From a bacterium (lineage in GTDB: Bacteria > SAR324 > JACQKK01), in the NCBI GenBank assembly GCA_965240465.1, contig OZ251219.1:6382-70381 (forward strand): 64,000 nt of DNA. Reading direction: 5' to 3'. A program made the translations under genes and the position numbers. Shown here piece after piece: positions 10,161 to 18,815 of this stretch (its first letter is position 1; each line of letters starts with the position of its first letter). Below the pieces are notes generated by a model. The model saw only the letters and a program-made list of their open reading frames with translations. It searched no databases and had not been told where the DNA came from.

Positions 10161-10448
10161 TTTAATGGGGTGTGGTTTGGTACAAAAATGTTGAAACTCC
10201 TTATCTCTGATTTTTTTGCAGAGTCCATTTTATCCTAACATAAACAGCTCGTAAAGTCCATCCTCGCACAAGTTGCCTATAGCTTTTTTTAATGACAAAG
10301 AACCCCCTTTGTCAAGGGCAATTTCAAGGTTTTTAGTTTCTTGTACCCTGTTGCATAGTCAAGCGTATGTTATCCCCAAAATATGCTTGACAGAAATATC
10401 AATGTATGACGATATTGATGGAGCTTGTATTCATTTGGAGAATCATAA

Positions 10449-10583
10449 TTGAAGCGGACTTATCAACCTAATGTGTCAAAGCGGAAGCGGACACACGGAT
10501 TTAGGGTACGGATGTCAACCGTGGGAGGGCGTAATGTTTTGCGTCGTCGCCGTGCTAAAGGTCGGGTGCGATTAGCGGTTTAG
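10449..10583 (+). CDS. rpmH: 50S ribosomal protein L34
   Basis: TTG start; [44 protein letters not shown] (manual translation, not in ORF track). Confidence 0.97.
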   Translation: MKRTYQPNVSKRKRTHGFRVRMSTVGGRNVLRRRRAKGRVRLAV

Positions 10584-10660
10584 CTGGTGCGAAAGGTTTG
10601 GTTGCTCTGATAGTATTAGCTGGTGTGAAAGTAATGGGTAGGCAGTATATATAGGCTTAC

Positions 10661-10732
10661 ATCAAGACCATCGGAACAATCAAGACCATCGGAACAATCA
10701 AGACCATCGGAACAATCAGGACCATCAGGACA
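10661..10732. repeat. 18-bp tandem repeat ATCAAGACCATCGGAACA x3 plus 1 degenerate copy
   Basis: Seen in the rpmH-rnpA spacer. Confidence 0.9.
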
Positions 10733-10748
10733 GCAAGGCAAAGAAGGT

Positions 10749-11150
10749 ATGCGATTGCGAGGTCGTGCGGATATTAAATTGGTATTTCGTCAAGGAGAGC
10801 ATTATCATCTTGGTGCTATGCAGGCACGGGTATTAAGGCGTTCGGATGATTTACGGCGTTATATGATTACGGTTTCCAAGCGTTTGGGAGGAGCAGTGGT
10901 TCGTAATCGGGTTCGGCGTTGGGTTCGGGAGGCACTGCGGGAGGCACTGCGGGAAACACCGCGAGAGGCACTGCATCGGGGGGGAGGGCAGGCGGCCAGT
11001 GGATTAGAGGGTTATAATGGGTGGGATGTGTGTTTATTTTTTCCCCCATCAAGCAGAAAGCAAGCTGCTCAGAGTTATAAAGGCTTATGTGCAGAGGTAG
11101 ACATCTTAATGAAGCGATTATGGGATGTGAAAGAAAGTGTAGGGCGATAG
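10749..11150 (+). CDS. rnpA: Ribonuclease P protein component
   Basis: TVSKRLGGAVVRNRVRR (RNR motif); position after rpmH; contains REALREAL stutter. Confidence 0.9.
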   Translation: MRLRGRADIKLVFRQGEHYHLGAMQARVLRRSDDLRRYMITVSKRLGGAVVRNRVRRWVREALREALRETPREALHRGGGQAASGLEGYNGWDVCLFFPPSSRKQAAQSYKGLCAEVDILMKRLWDVKESVGR

Positions 11151-11152
11151 AC

Positions 11153-11431
11153 ATGACAATCTTGCTGATTTGGGTAGTACAAGTTTATAGATTTTTTATA
11201 TCACCATTGCTACGACCTTCGTGTCGGTTTTTTCCCAGTTGTTCTGATTATGCAGAGCAGGTGTTACAACAGCATGGCTGGTTGCGAGGTGGTTGGTTGT
11301 CATTGCGACGGTTGTTACGATGCCATCCCTTTAACGCAGGAGGATGGGATCCTCCACCAGTTAATGCTAGCTCTGCATGCACTAATTCCAGCTGTGACAA
11401 AGCTCACCGCCCTAAATCTAATTGCGGTTGA
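11153..11431 (+). CDS. yidD: Membrane protein insertion efficiency factor
   Basis: YRFFISPLL.PSCRFFPSCSDY...RLLRCHPF..GGWDPPP. Confidence 0.95.
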   Translation: MTILLIWVVQVYRFFISPLLRPSCRFFPSCSDYAEQVLQQHGWLRGGWLSLRRLLRCHPFNAGGWDPPPVNASSACTNSSCDKAHRPKSNCG

Positions 11432-11434
11432 TAC

Positions 11435-13135
11435 ATGAATAAAAATACATTTTTGGCAATCGGTCTTTCTATGCTAGTTCTGCTGGCTTATTATGCCTTC
11501 TTCACGCCTTCTCCTCCGACGCCATCTCCTACTCCACAGCAGCAGCAGCAATCTCCGCCGCCTTTTGCATCTTCTACTCTGAGTCAAACCTCGGAAAGCT
11601 CTGCTGAGCCTTCCAATTCTCTGCCGTTTTTGACTGAGTCAAATCCCTCATTAACCAGAAGTATCGGCACTCCCCTAGTGGTGGAAACCCCTATCTATAG
11701 GGCTCAATTTGACCTCCAAGGCGGAGTACTCCATAGCCTAGTACTAAAAAAATATCACGCAGATAAAGGTGTCACTTCTTGGAGCAAGCTACTACCCTTT
11801 CTCAGCCAGTGGTTCTCGCCAAAAGAGGTGGATGAGGTCTCTCTGGTAGAGATGGTGGACAAACGTTTTCCGCAACAATATCCCTTTGGAGTACTAATAA
11901 ATGATGATAAATCATCCTTGACCACAAAGTATAAAGCCAGCCAATCTCGGATGAACCTACAAGCTGGCGATTCTCCGCGTTCACTGGTTCTTAAAACCAA
12001 AACACCCAGCGGAACTAACATCGTTAAGACCTTCACCTTTGCACCCGATTCCTACATCATTGACTACCAATTACAAATTAGGAGTAATTCTACTCAAGGG
12101 CAGCAACTCCAAGCACTTAGCCTGATGGGTACTGCCCCTCCCAGTCCTAATATTACTAGAGGAATTGGTAATCACACGGGACCACTCTGGTGGGTGAACG
12201 ATGATCTGGAAAAAGAAGACCCTGATGATCTAAATGACGGTCTGGTTATCCAAAAAGCAGAGTGGGGTGGTAGTGCAGGTACTTATTTCATCAATGCTGC
12301 CCTAACCGAACAAGGTAGTCAGCGTCTTGTCTTCGGAGGGTTAAAAACTTCTCAGAAAAAACTGTGGCAATCTTTTTATGGATTTCAGCTCCCCAGCACC
12401 ATTGTTACAGCTTCTCAACCACTTCAACATAGGGTTCGCGTCTACATTGGTCCCAAAGACCCTAAAAGTATGAGGGATTTCCACCAAAAATTTGAGATGG
12501 CTAAAGATCTCACCCTAACTTTTATTGCCGAACCCATGCTGGTCGGACTAAGAACTTTCTATAGCCTGACTGGTAATTACGGTTGGGCTATAATAATACT
12601 GACCATCTGTATTAGGCTCATTCTCTTCCCTCTGACCTATATGGGCTCACGCTCCATGAAACGCATGAGAATCCTACAGCCCAAAATGAAAGCCATCAAG
12701 GAGAGATTCAAGGGCAATAAAGAACGTATTAACCAAGAAACATTTCAACTCTACCGCAAGCATAAAATTAACCCACTAGGAGGTTGTCTACCCATTTTAG
12801 TACAAATTCCTATCTTCTTTGCCTTCTATTCAGCCCTTCTCAGTGCTATAGAACTTAGACACCAACCCTTCATTTTCTGGATCCAAGACCTATCGGTTAA
12901 GGACGGCCTTTATATCCTCCCCATCCTTATGGCTGCCTCTATGGTGCTTCAGCAAAAAATCATGCCCGCACCTGCTGACCCCACTCAACAAAAAATACTC
13001 GCATGGATGCCTATCATATTCCTCTTCTTCATGTTTAACTTTCCCTCTGGATTGGTACTATACTGGCTGGTCAGCAATCTACTTTCCATCGTACAGCAAA
13101 TAGCCGTAGACCGCCTCACCCCCACTCCTGCCTAA
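11435..13135 (+). CDS. yidC: Membrane protein insertase YidC
   Basis: GNYGWAIIILT, NPLGGCLPILVQIPIF, ELRHQPF, PSGLVLYW. Confidence 0.97.
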   Translation: MNKNTFLAIGLSMLVLLAYYAFFTPSPPTPSPTPQQQQQSPPPFASSTLSQTSESSAEPSNSLPFLTESNPSLTRSIGTPLVVETPIYRAQFDLQGGVLHSLVLKKYHADKGVTSWSKLLPFLSQWFSPKEVDEVSLVEMVDKRFPQQYPFGVLINDDKSSLTTKYKASQSRMNLQAGDSPRSLVLKTKTPSGTNIVKTFTFAPDSYIIDYQLQIRSNSTQGQQLQALSLMGTAPPSPNITRGIGNHTGPLWWVNDDLEKEDPDDLNDGLVIQKAEWGGSAGTYFINAALTEQGSQRLVFGGLKTSQKKLWQSFYGFQLPSTIVTASQPLQHRVRVYIGPKDPKSMRDFHQKFEMAKDLTLTFIAEPMLVGLRTFYSLTGNYGWAIIILTICIRLILFPLTYMGSRSMKRMRILQPKMKAIKERFKGNKERINQETFQLYRKHKINPLGGCLPILVQIPIFFAFYSALLSAIELRHQPFIFWIQDLSVKDGLYILPILMAASMVLQQKIMPAPADPTQQKILAWMPIIFLFFMFNFPSGLVLYWLVSNLLSIVQQIAVDRLTPTPA

Positions 13136-13181
13136 GCCTCGTTGATATGAATGATAGGGGAGGGGGGAGGGGGGTGTCGTG

Positions 13182-13240
13182 CATTGTCTTTCTTAAACAT
13201 TGGTCTTTCTTAAACATTGGTCTTTCTTAAACATTGTCTT
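13182..13240. repeat. 17-bp tandem repeat GTCTTTCTTAAACATTG x3, preceded by a G-tract (about 13157-13175)
   Basis: Seen in convergent intergenic region. Confidence 0.9.
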
Positions 13241-13892
13241 AAATATCCCCTAGGGAACGGAAACGTTCTATTTGCCATCGCCTTCTAAGGCGGTGGAAGA
13301 AGATTTTGGTCTGAGAGCGGGTCATATCCAGAGCTTTTTTGAGGATGTATTCGGGGTTATTTTTGGATAATTTTTTTACTAAATGAGAACGCATCATAAC
13401 TTGACCATCCTCAACCCGAATTACCTGTCCAATCAGCCAGAGTTCGTTTTGTTTGCTACATGCGGGACATGAAATTTGCTCAAAATGGATTGTGATAAGC
13501 AAGTCTACATCTAGGGCTTTGCCGATTATTTTGGCATTATCATCGTGGGGAAAGCCCGCTAGGGATATGTTTTCAGCTAGTTGTTGCTGAGCTGCTTTGA
13601 GTTGTAAATTTTCATTTAGCTTGGTGATAATTGATGTGCGAGTTAAAAACTGCTGCCAAGGGAGTCCCGCCAGCTGCTTTTCTGATTCTCCAATAACGGT
13701 CTCGTGTAATTCGGGTTCGGTGCCAGGGGGAACTGGAAGTTTGAGTAAGGCAACCCTTTTTGAAAGAAGTGGAAGACGCTCCTTAGGCCTGTAGACAACA
13801 GAATCAGAGCAGCTATTAAAAATCAATAAGACGCCAATCATTGTGCAGGCGATGCCACATGATAAAACTGAAAGCCTCATTGAAAGCCTCAT
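13239..13892 (-). CDS. Hypothetical lipoprotein
   Basis: Hydrophobic leader ending FNSC; CxxC (CPAC); overlaps mutS stop. Confidence 0.6.
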   Translation of the reverse strand: MRLSMRLSVLSCGIACTMIGVLLIFNSCSDSVVYRPKERLPLLSKRVALLKLPVPPGTEPELHETVIGESEKQLAGLPWQQFLTRTSIITKLNENLQLKAAQQQLAENISLAGFPHDDNAKIIGKALDVDLLITIHFEQISCPACSKQNELWLIGQVIRVEDGQVMMRSHLVKKLSKNNPEYILKKALDMTRSQTKIFFHRLRRRWQIERFRSLGDI

Positions 13893-16678
13893 GGAAGTTT
13901 TTCTCTCAGTTTATGGAGCAAGTTAAGGGCTTCTACAGGAGTGATTTCTTCCACATTTAGCTCTTTGATGGAATCAACGATGGGTTTCAACGATTGCGGT
14001 ACGGAATTTGTTGCAGCATTTGTTTCAGGCATTGATGGAGTTTCTGGCGGTATGGTGTGGTTATCAGTGCGGTTATCGGTGGGAGAAGTTGAAAAGAGCT
14101 GAGGTTGCTGGATGGGCTGTAGCGAAGTAAGTTCTTTTATCACTTGAGAGGCGCGTTTTATGATTTCGGGGGGGAGTCCTGCTAGTTTAGCTACTTGGAT
14201 TCCGTAGCTACGGTCGCTAGGTTCTGGAGTTAGTTTATGGGTGAACGCCAATTTTCCTTTTTGTTCATGAACCTTGACCGAGAAGTTAATCAATCTGGGG
14301 AGGTGGTTACTGAGAGCAGTAAGTTCGTGGTAGTGGGTGGCAAACATGGTCAAGGGGCCTGCTTGGTGGAGGTACTCTGCGATTGCCCATGCGATGCTGA
14401 TGCCATCATAGGTGCTAGTGCCGCGTCCGATTTCGTCTAGGATAATCAAGCTATTGGGGGAGGCATTGTTGAGGATATTAGCAGTTTCGAGCATTTCCAT
14501 CATGAAGGTACTTTGTCCGCGGGCGAGGTTATCGGCAGCACCCACGCGGGTAAAGATGCGATCCATCACGCTTAGACTGGCTGATTTAGCAGGGACGAAG
14601 CTACCAGATTGTGCCATCAGCTGGATGAGGGCTGTTTGTCGCATTACGGTGGATTTGCCTGCCATATTGGGACCAGTGATAAGCATGGTTTGCTGTTTAT
14701 TTTTACTAAGGTAGATGTCATTTGAGATGAAAGGGACTTTCATTTCCAGCACTGGATGCCGACCGCCTTTGATGTCAATAGTGGCAGGATTAAGAGCGAG
14801 GATCTGGGGTTTGCAATATTGGTTTTGATAAGCTGTTTCTGCTAGGCTGGAGAATAGGTCCAGGGTAGCGATCTGGGAGGCAGTTTTCTGCATTCGTCTT
14901 AGGTAGCCCCGAATTACTTTACGAATGTCCTCAAAGAGTTCTTGTTCCAATTGGCAAGCCTGCTGTTTGGCAGTGAGGATTTTTATTTCCAGTTGTTCCA
15001 GTTCATCCAGAGTAAATCGCTCTGCATTGGCTAGGGTTTGCTTTCTTCTATATTCGCTCGGAGCATGGATAGCTCGGGCTTTGGGCAACTCTATGTAATA
15101 TCCAAATACCCGATTATAACGCACCTTCAAAGATGCAATCCCCGTTCGCTCCCGCTCCTTGCTCTCTAACTGAAGCAATACCTCGTTGCTGTTCTTAGAT
15201 AATAACCTACGCTCATCCAGCTCCTTGCTTACTCCATCTGCAATGTAGCCCCCTTCGCTCAGCTTCAAGTGCGGTTGTGAGTGCAGCTTCTTATGTAAAT
15301 GTTCCTTTACCTCATCCAGAGGGTCAAAACCTTGGGCTAATCTCACTAAAAGAGCTTCGCCATCCATGATTTCAGAGGGCTCCTTAGAGTCGCTGGTTTT
15401 AGTGTCTTTCACTGAAGGCTCCAACATGCATTCTAGCTCCTCACCCAAGCCTGTTAGCCCGTCCAGAGAATCTCGCAGAGCAACCATATCTGCTACTCCA
15501 GACTGCAAAGATCCCGTCCTAGCGATCGTCCGTTCTAAATCTTTCACCAGACTAAAACACTCCCGCAAGCGATGTCGTACATCGGCATTTTTCATCAAGT
15601 ATTGAACCGCATCTAGCCTCTTCTCAATGCGAACCGCACTCAGCAAAGGATAGGTCAACCACCGACGCAACATCCTTGAACCCATAGGCGTACAACAGCA
15701 ATTCAACACCGTAAATAGGCTATCCTTGCCGAATACCTCCAAATGACGCAAAGATAACTCATCCAAACGCATCTGCTCGCTATCACGCCTGATCCGTGGA
15801 CGATGCAAATGCAACAAATCGTGCTTGATATGCTCCAAATAATCCAGCAAACCACCCGTAGCTCGCAAAGCCAACTTCAAATCACTCAAACCAAATCCAT
15901 CCAAACCCCGCACCTCATACAACTCCTCCAAACGCTTTGACGCCCATACAGCATCAAATGCCTCCCATGGACGCTCATCCAAACGCATCGCCATCCCCTC
16001 TGCCGATAACTTATTCAATACCCCACGAATAACAGCATGAGTAACAGCGTGAGTAACAGCACCATCCTCGCTCACCTTAGGCAACAATACCTCCCTCGGA
16101 CGCTCTACCTCGCATAACTCCGTCAAACGCTTAGCTATCTCTTCTGTAGCACCACCCCATTGAAAAAACTCCCACCGACCCGTAGTCACATCCGCTAGCG
16201 TACCCCCCAAATCGCCTCCTCTATCCAACCACAAAGATAATATGTAATGACCACGACCACCTTCGCCATCCCCAAATAACAACGTCCCCGGCGTAGCTAC
16301 CCGAACTACCTTACGCTCCACCAACTTGCCCGATACTGGCGGCTCCATCTGATCCACCACTGCCACCTTGTAACCCTGCTCCACCAACTTATTCACATAC
16401 TGCTCATATGCATTACACGGAACCCCGCACATCGCCAAACGACCCCCATCACCCTTATTCTGACGCGAAGTCAAGGCTATCCCCAACGCCTCAGCTCCCA
16501 ACTCTGCATCCTCCCCAAACATCTCGTAAAAATCCCCCGCTTGAAAAAATAATAAACAATCCAACAAACCACGCTTCAAATCATTAAACTGACGCATCAT
16601 CGGAGTTGACGCATTCACCATCCCACCAGCCCGCTTCTTTAACGATGAACCCCGCTCTGCAGAAATCCCAGCAACCAT
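13889..16678 (-). CDS. mutS: DNA mismatch repair protein MutS
   Basis: TPMMRQ, GDFYEMF, ITGPNMAGKST, DRIFTRVGA, DEIGRGTST, FATHYHEL, SYGIQVAKLAG. Confidence 0.98.
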   Translation of the reverse strand: MVAGISAERGSSLKKRAGGMVNASTPMMRQFNDLKRGLLDCLLFFQAGDFYEMFGEDAELGAEALGIALTSRQNKGDGGRLAMCGVPCNAYEQYVNKLVEQGYKVAVVDQMEPPVSGKLVERKVVRVATPGTLLFGDGEGGRGHYILSLWLDRGGDLGGTLADVTTGRWEFFQWGGATEEIAKRLTELCEVERPREVLLPKVSEDGAVTHAVTHAVIRGVLNKLSAEGMAMRLDERPWEAFDAVWASKRLEELYEVRGLDGFGLSDLKLALRATGGLLDYLEHIKHDLLHLHRPRIRRDSEQMRLDELSLRHLEVFGKDSLFTVLNCCCTPMGSRMLRRWLTYPLLSAVRIEKRLDAVQYLMKNADVRHRLRECFSLVKDLERTIARTGSLQSGVADMVALRDSLDGLTGLGEELECMLEPSVKDTKTSDSKEPSEIMDGEALLVRLAQGFDPLDEVKEHLHKKLHSQPHLKLSEGGYIADGVSKELDERRLLSKNSNEVLLQLESKERERTGIASLKVRYNRVFGYYIELPKARAIHAPSEYRRKQTLANAERFTLDELEQLEIKILTAKQQACQLEQELFEDIRKVIRGYLRRMQKTASQIATLDLFSSLAETAYQNQYCKPQILALNPATIDIKGGRHPVLEMKVPFISNDIYLSKNKQQTMLITGPNMAGKSTVMRQTALIQLMAQSGSFVPAKSASLSVMDRIFTRVGAADNLARGQSTFMMEMLETANILNNASPNSLIILDEIGRGTSTYDGISIAWAIAEYLHQAGPLTMFATHYHELTALSNHLPRLINFSVKVHEQKGKLAFTHKLTPEPSDRSYGIQVAKLAGLPPEIIKRASQVIKELTSLQPIQQPQLFSTSPTDNRTDNHTIPPETPSMPETNAATNSVPQSLKPIVDSIKELNVEEITPVEALNLLHKLREKLP

Positions 16679-16879
16679 GTCCTTTGATTATTTCTTATGA
16701 GGGTAAAATAGATTGAAATCTCAAAATCTTTCACCCCAATCATACTGCAATTAACCATAAAAGAGGTACTCACTGCACCTCCTAAAATAACTAAATCTTT
16801 TTGCCTTGATACTTATTCATGTTAAAGTGAGTTGCTTTGTTAAAGTAGATGCTACCGCGTAAATCTCGCTATACTCAGC

Positions 16880-17098
16880 TTGAGAACCATAACCATGATC
16901 AAAGTAACAGGCACTAGCACAGATGGACACACCTGGACCTTCTATACCGACTCCGCTGATGAATGGCGGTGGCGAAGAACTACTGCTGATGGAAAAACCA
17001 TCTGGGCGGCCACTGAAGGTTATAAAAGCTTCTCCGACTGCTATGACAACGCACTCCTCCCCGCATATGATGGCCCATGTCCTAAAATGTCGTCCTAA
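16880..17098 (+). CDS. DUF1508/YegP-like small protein
   Basis: FYTDSADEWRWRRTTADGKTIWAATEGYKSFSDC matches the YegP repeat pattern. Confidence 0.7.
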   Translation: MRTITMIKVTGTSTDGHTWTFYTDSADEWRWRRTTADGKTIWAATEGYKSFSDCYDNALLPAYDGPCPKMSS

Positions 17099-17105
17099 AA
17101 TGTCG

Positions 17106-17208
17106 TCCCAGAATGTCGCAGACTAACCCACCCCTTCCAAATCCACTTCTGCCACCTCTTGCAAGCACTGCTGAGTTTCAATCGCGGTCTGGCAAACTCG
17201 CTTGATTA
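17106..17208. repeat. 103-bp direct repeat, left copy (3' end of Type ISP-like gene)
   Basis: Identical to 18302..18404. Confidence 0.95.
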
Positions 17209-17257
17209 AAATGTTTATTCATGTTACAATCAGCCAGACCGCTTTTCTAAATCAATC

Positions 17258-17410
17258 TACCATTCCAGTAGCAAGCACAGATGACATGTAAATGAGTTCG
17301 CTTTTAGGTTGAATGATGGTAGTGTGAGGCGGTGTGTGCTTGAGCGTATTGACAGCTTACTTGAAAGGATTGTTGGCAAGCGACTAACACATAGGAGGAT
17401 GGTACAATAA
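17258..17410 (+). mobile_element. IS1595-family transposase C-terminal remnant
   Basis: Manual translation YHSSSKHR*HVNEFAFRLNDGSVRRCVLERIDSLLERIVGKRLTHRRMVQ* resembles the ISXO2-like DDE C-terminus (KHL.RYVNEF.FRLN...GKRLTY); internal stop, no N-terminus. Confidence 0.75.
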
Positions 17411-17426
17411 TAAAGAAAGGCAGTAA

Positions 17427-17924
17427 ATGGATACACAAAAATCAAAACAAAGAGAGTATAGCCCAGGCTGCATAGCCAACTATTTTATTGCAAATTGTAA
17501 AAAACCAACTAATTTAAAACTAAATAAGTTGTCTTATATTTCTTATGGTCTTGCTCTTGCTCTTTATGACATAGAAATCTTTCAAGAAGCTATACAGGCT
17601 TGGAAATTAGGTCCTGTAATTCCTTCCATATACCATGAATTTAAGTCATATGGCACTTCTACCATTACCATAGACAAACTATCTTACAGCTATAGCTATC
17701 TAGATGATGAAAAAGTTTATTTCAAAATAGATAATGATGATAAAAAAGTAGAAGGTGTTTTAAAAAAAGTAATAGAAAACTATGATGATATGCCTATATC
17801 AGCACTGATAGCAAGAACGCATGAGGAAGGTACTCCCTGGTATGAATCTTATGTAGAAGGTGTCAGCAATAAAATAATACATAAGGAATGTATAAAAAAA
17901 TATTATGCTAAACTCTTGAAATAG
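17427..17924 (+). CDS. Panacea-domain (DUF4065/SocA/GepA-like) antitoxin
   Basis: IANYFI...TNLKLNKLSY...FQEAIQAWKLGPVIPSIYHEFK...THEEGTPW. Confidence 0.85.
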   Translation: MDTQKSKQREYSPGCIANYFIANCKKPTNLKLNKLSYISYGLALALYDIEIFQEAIQAWKLGPVIPSIYHEFKSYGTSTITIDKLSYSYSYLDDEKVYFKIDNDDKKVEGVLKKVIENYDDMPISALIARTHEEGTPWYESYVEGVSNKIIHKECIKKYYAKLLK

Positions 17925-17930
17925 GTTTTT

Positions 17931-18257
17931 ATGGAATCGCAAGAAACAGAAGGAAAAATACAATTCGTAAGTAAAGAAAGTAGTAAAGGAAATGGAGTTG
18001 AAGGTATAGATTGGGAAAGACAGAGACAAGAAGATACCAATAAACAAAGGAATGTGTTTTTTCTCTTTTCTGTTAAAATTGTGTGCTTTTGGATGCTTTT
18101 TTTAGCTTTACTTTCTGCGGTACAGATGATGGTTCCTATATTTATTTGTGAATTTGAAGGACTTTCTGATATTAAATTCGGATTTGTTTTTGGAACGGCT
18201 ACAATCAGTATACTGGGGCTTTTGCATACAATTGGCAGGTCAATCTTTAGAAAATAA
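17931..18257 (+). CDS. Small two-TM membrane protein, candidate Panacea-paired toxin
   Basis: Charged N-terminus plus 2 hydrophobic helices; 6 bp after the Panacea gene. Confidence 0.6.
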   Translation: MESQETEGKIQFVSKESSKGNGVEGIDWERQRQEDTNKQRNVFFLFSVKIVCFWMLFLALLSAVQMMVPIFICEFEGLSDIKFGFVFGTATISILGLLHTIGRSIFRK

Positions 18258-18301
18258 ACACTTAAAAACCCTTGTCAAAAAGGGTACATGACCCATTTTT
18301 A

Positions 18302-18404
18302 TCCCAGAATGTCGCAGACTAACCCACCCCTTCCAAATCCACTTCTGCCACCTCTTGCAAGCACTGCTGAGTTTCAATCGCGGTCTGGCAAACTCGCTTG
18401 ATTA
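18302..18404. repeat. 103-bp direct repeat, right copy
   Basis: Identical to 17106..17208. Confidence 0.95.
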
Positions 18405-18597
18405 GGCGTACGTTTTCTTCGGGGTTTTGGTTGGGATCGTTCACTATCCCGCTGGGTTTATCGGTTTTTACTCGTAGGCTATCAACCACCCAATCCAAGG
18501 CACTGCGATTACCCAGCTTCCAATCGTGTACGCGGGCGGGGATGCCTGTCAGGGTTAGACACTTGTTCACTTGCATTTGGTATTTTTTGTGATACAC
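18319..18597 (-). pseudogene. C-terminal remnant of Type ISP-like restriction-modification enzyme
   Basis: LTLTGIPARVHDWKLGNRSALDWVVD...KTDKPSGIVNDPN...LIKRVCQTAIET resembles the Type ISP C-terminal domain. Confidence 0.8.
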
Positions 18598-18815
18598 TGG
18601 CCACGCGTTTCATAACCCTTGTCATATAGGATGTGAATAGCGTGAGCAATGCACCTTTTTTAGGTTCTAACGGGGATAAAGTGACACTCACTTTTTTGGA
18701 TCGTCACAGATGGACCTTTTGTACTGACTCTCTCGTGAAATAGACACTATTGGTAGGATTAGAAATGTAGTATTGAATATGAGTGGTAAAAGATTGAGTT
18801 ACAGAGAATTGATAA

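Noticed and set aside
10200-10448. oriC
   Set aside because: A single near-consensus DnaA box, no cluster and no adjacent dnaA
10661-10732. Possible CRISPR array (also 13182-13240 and 32371-32432)
   Set aside because: Repeats are directly adjacent with no unique spacers, and there are no cas genes
13157-13175. G-tract as a functional G-quadruplex or target of the C-rich hairpin loop
   Set aside because: Low-complexity match at a skew jump with no independent support
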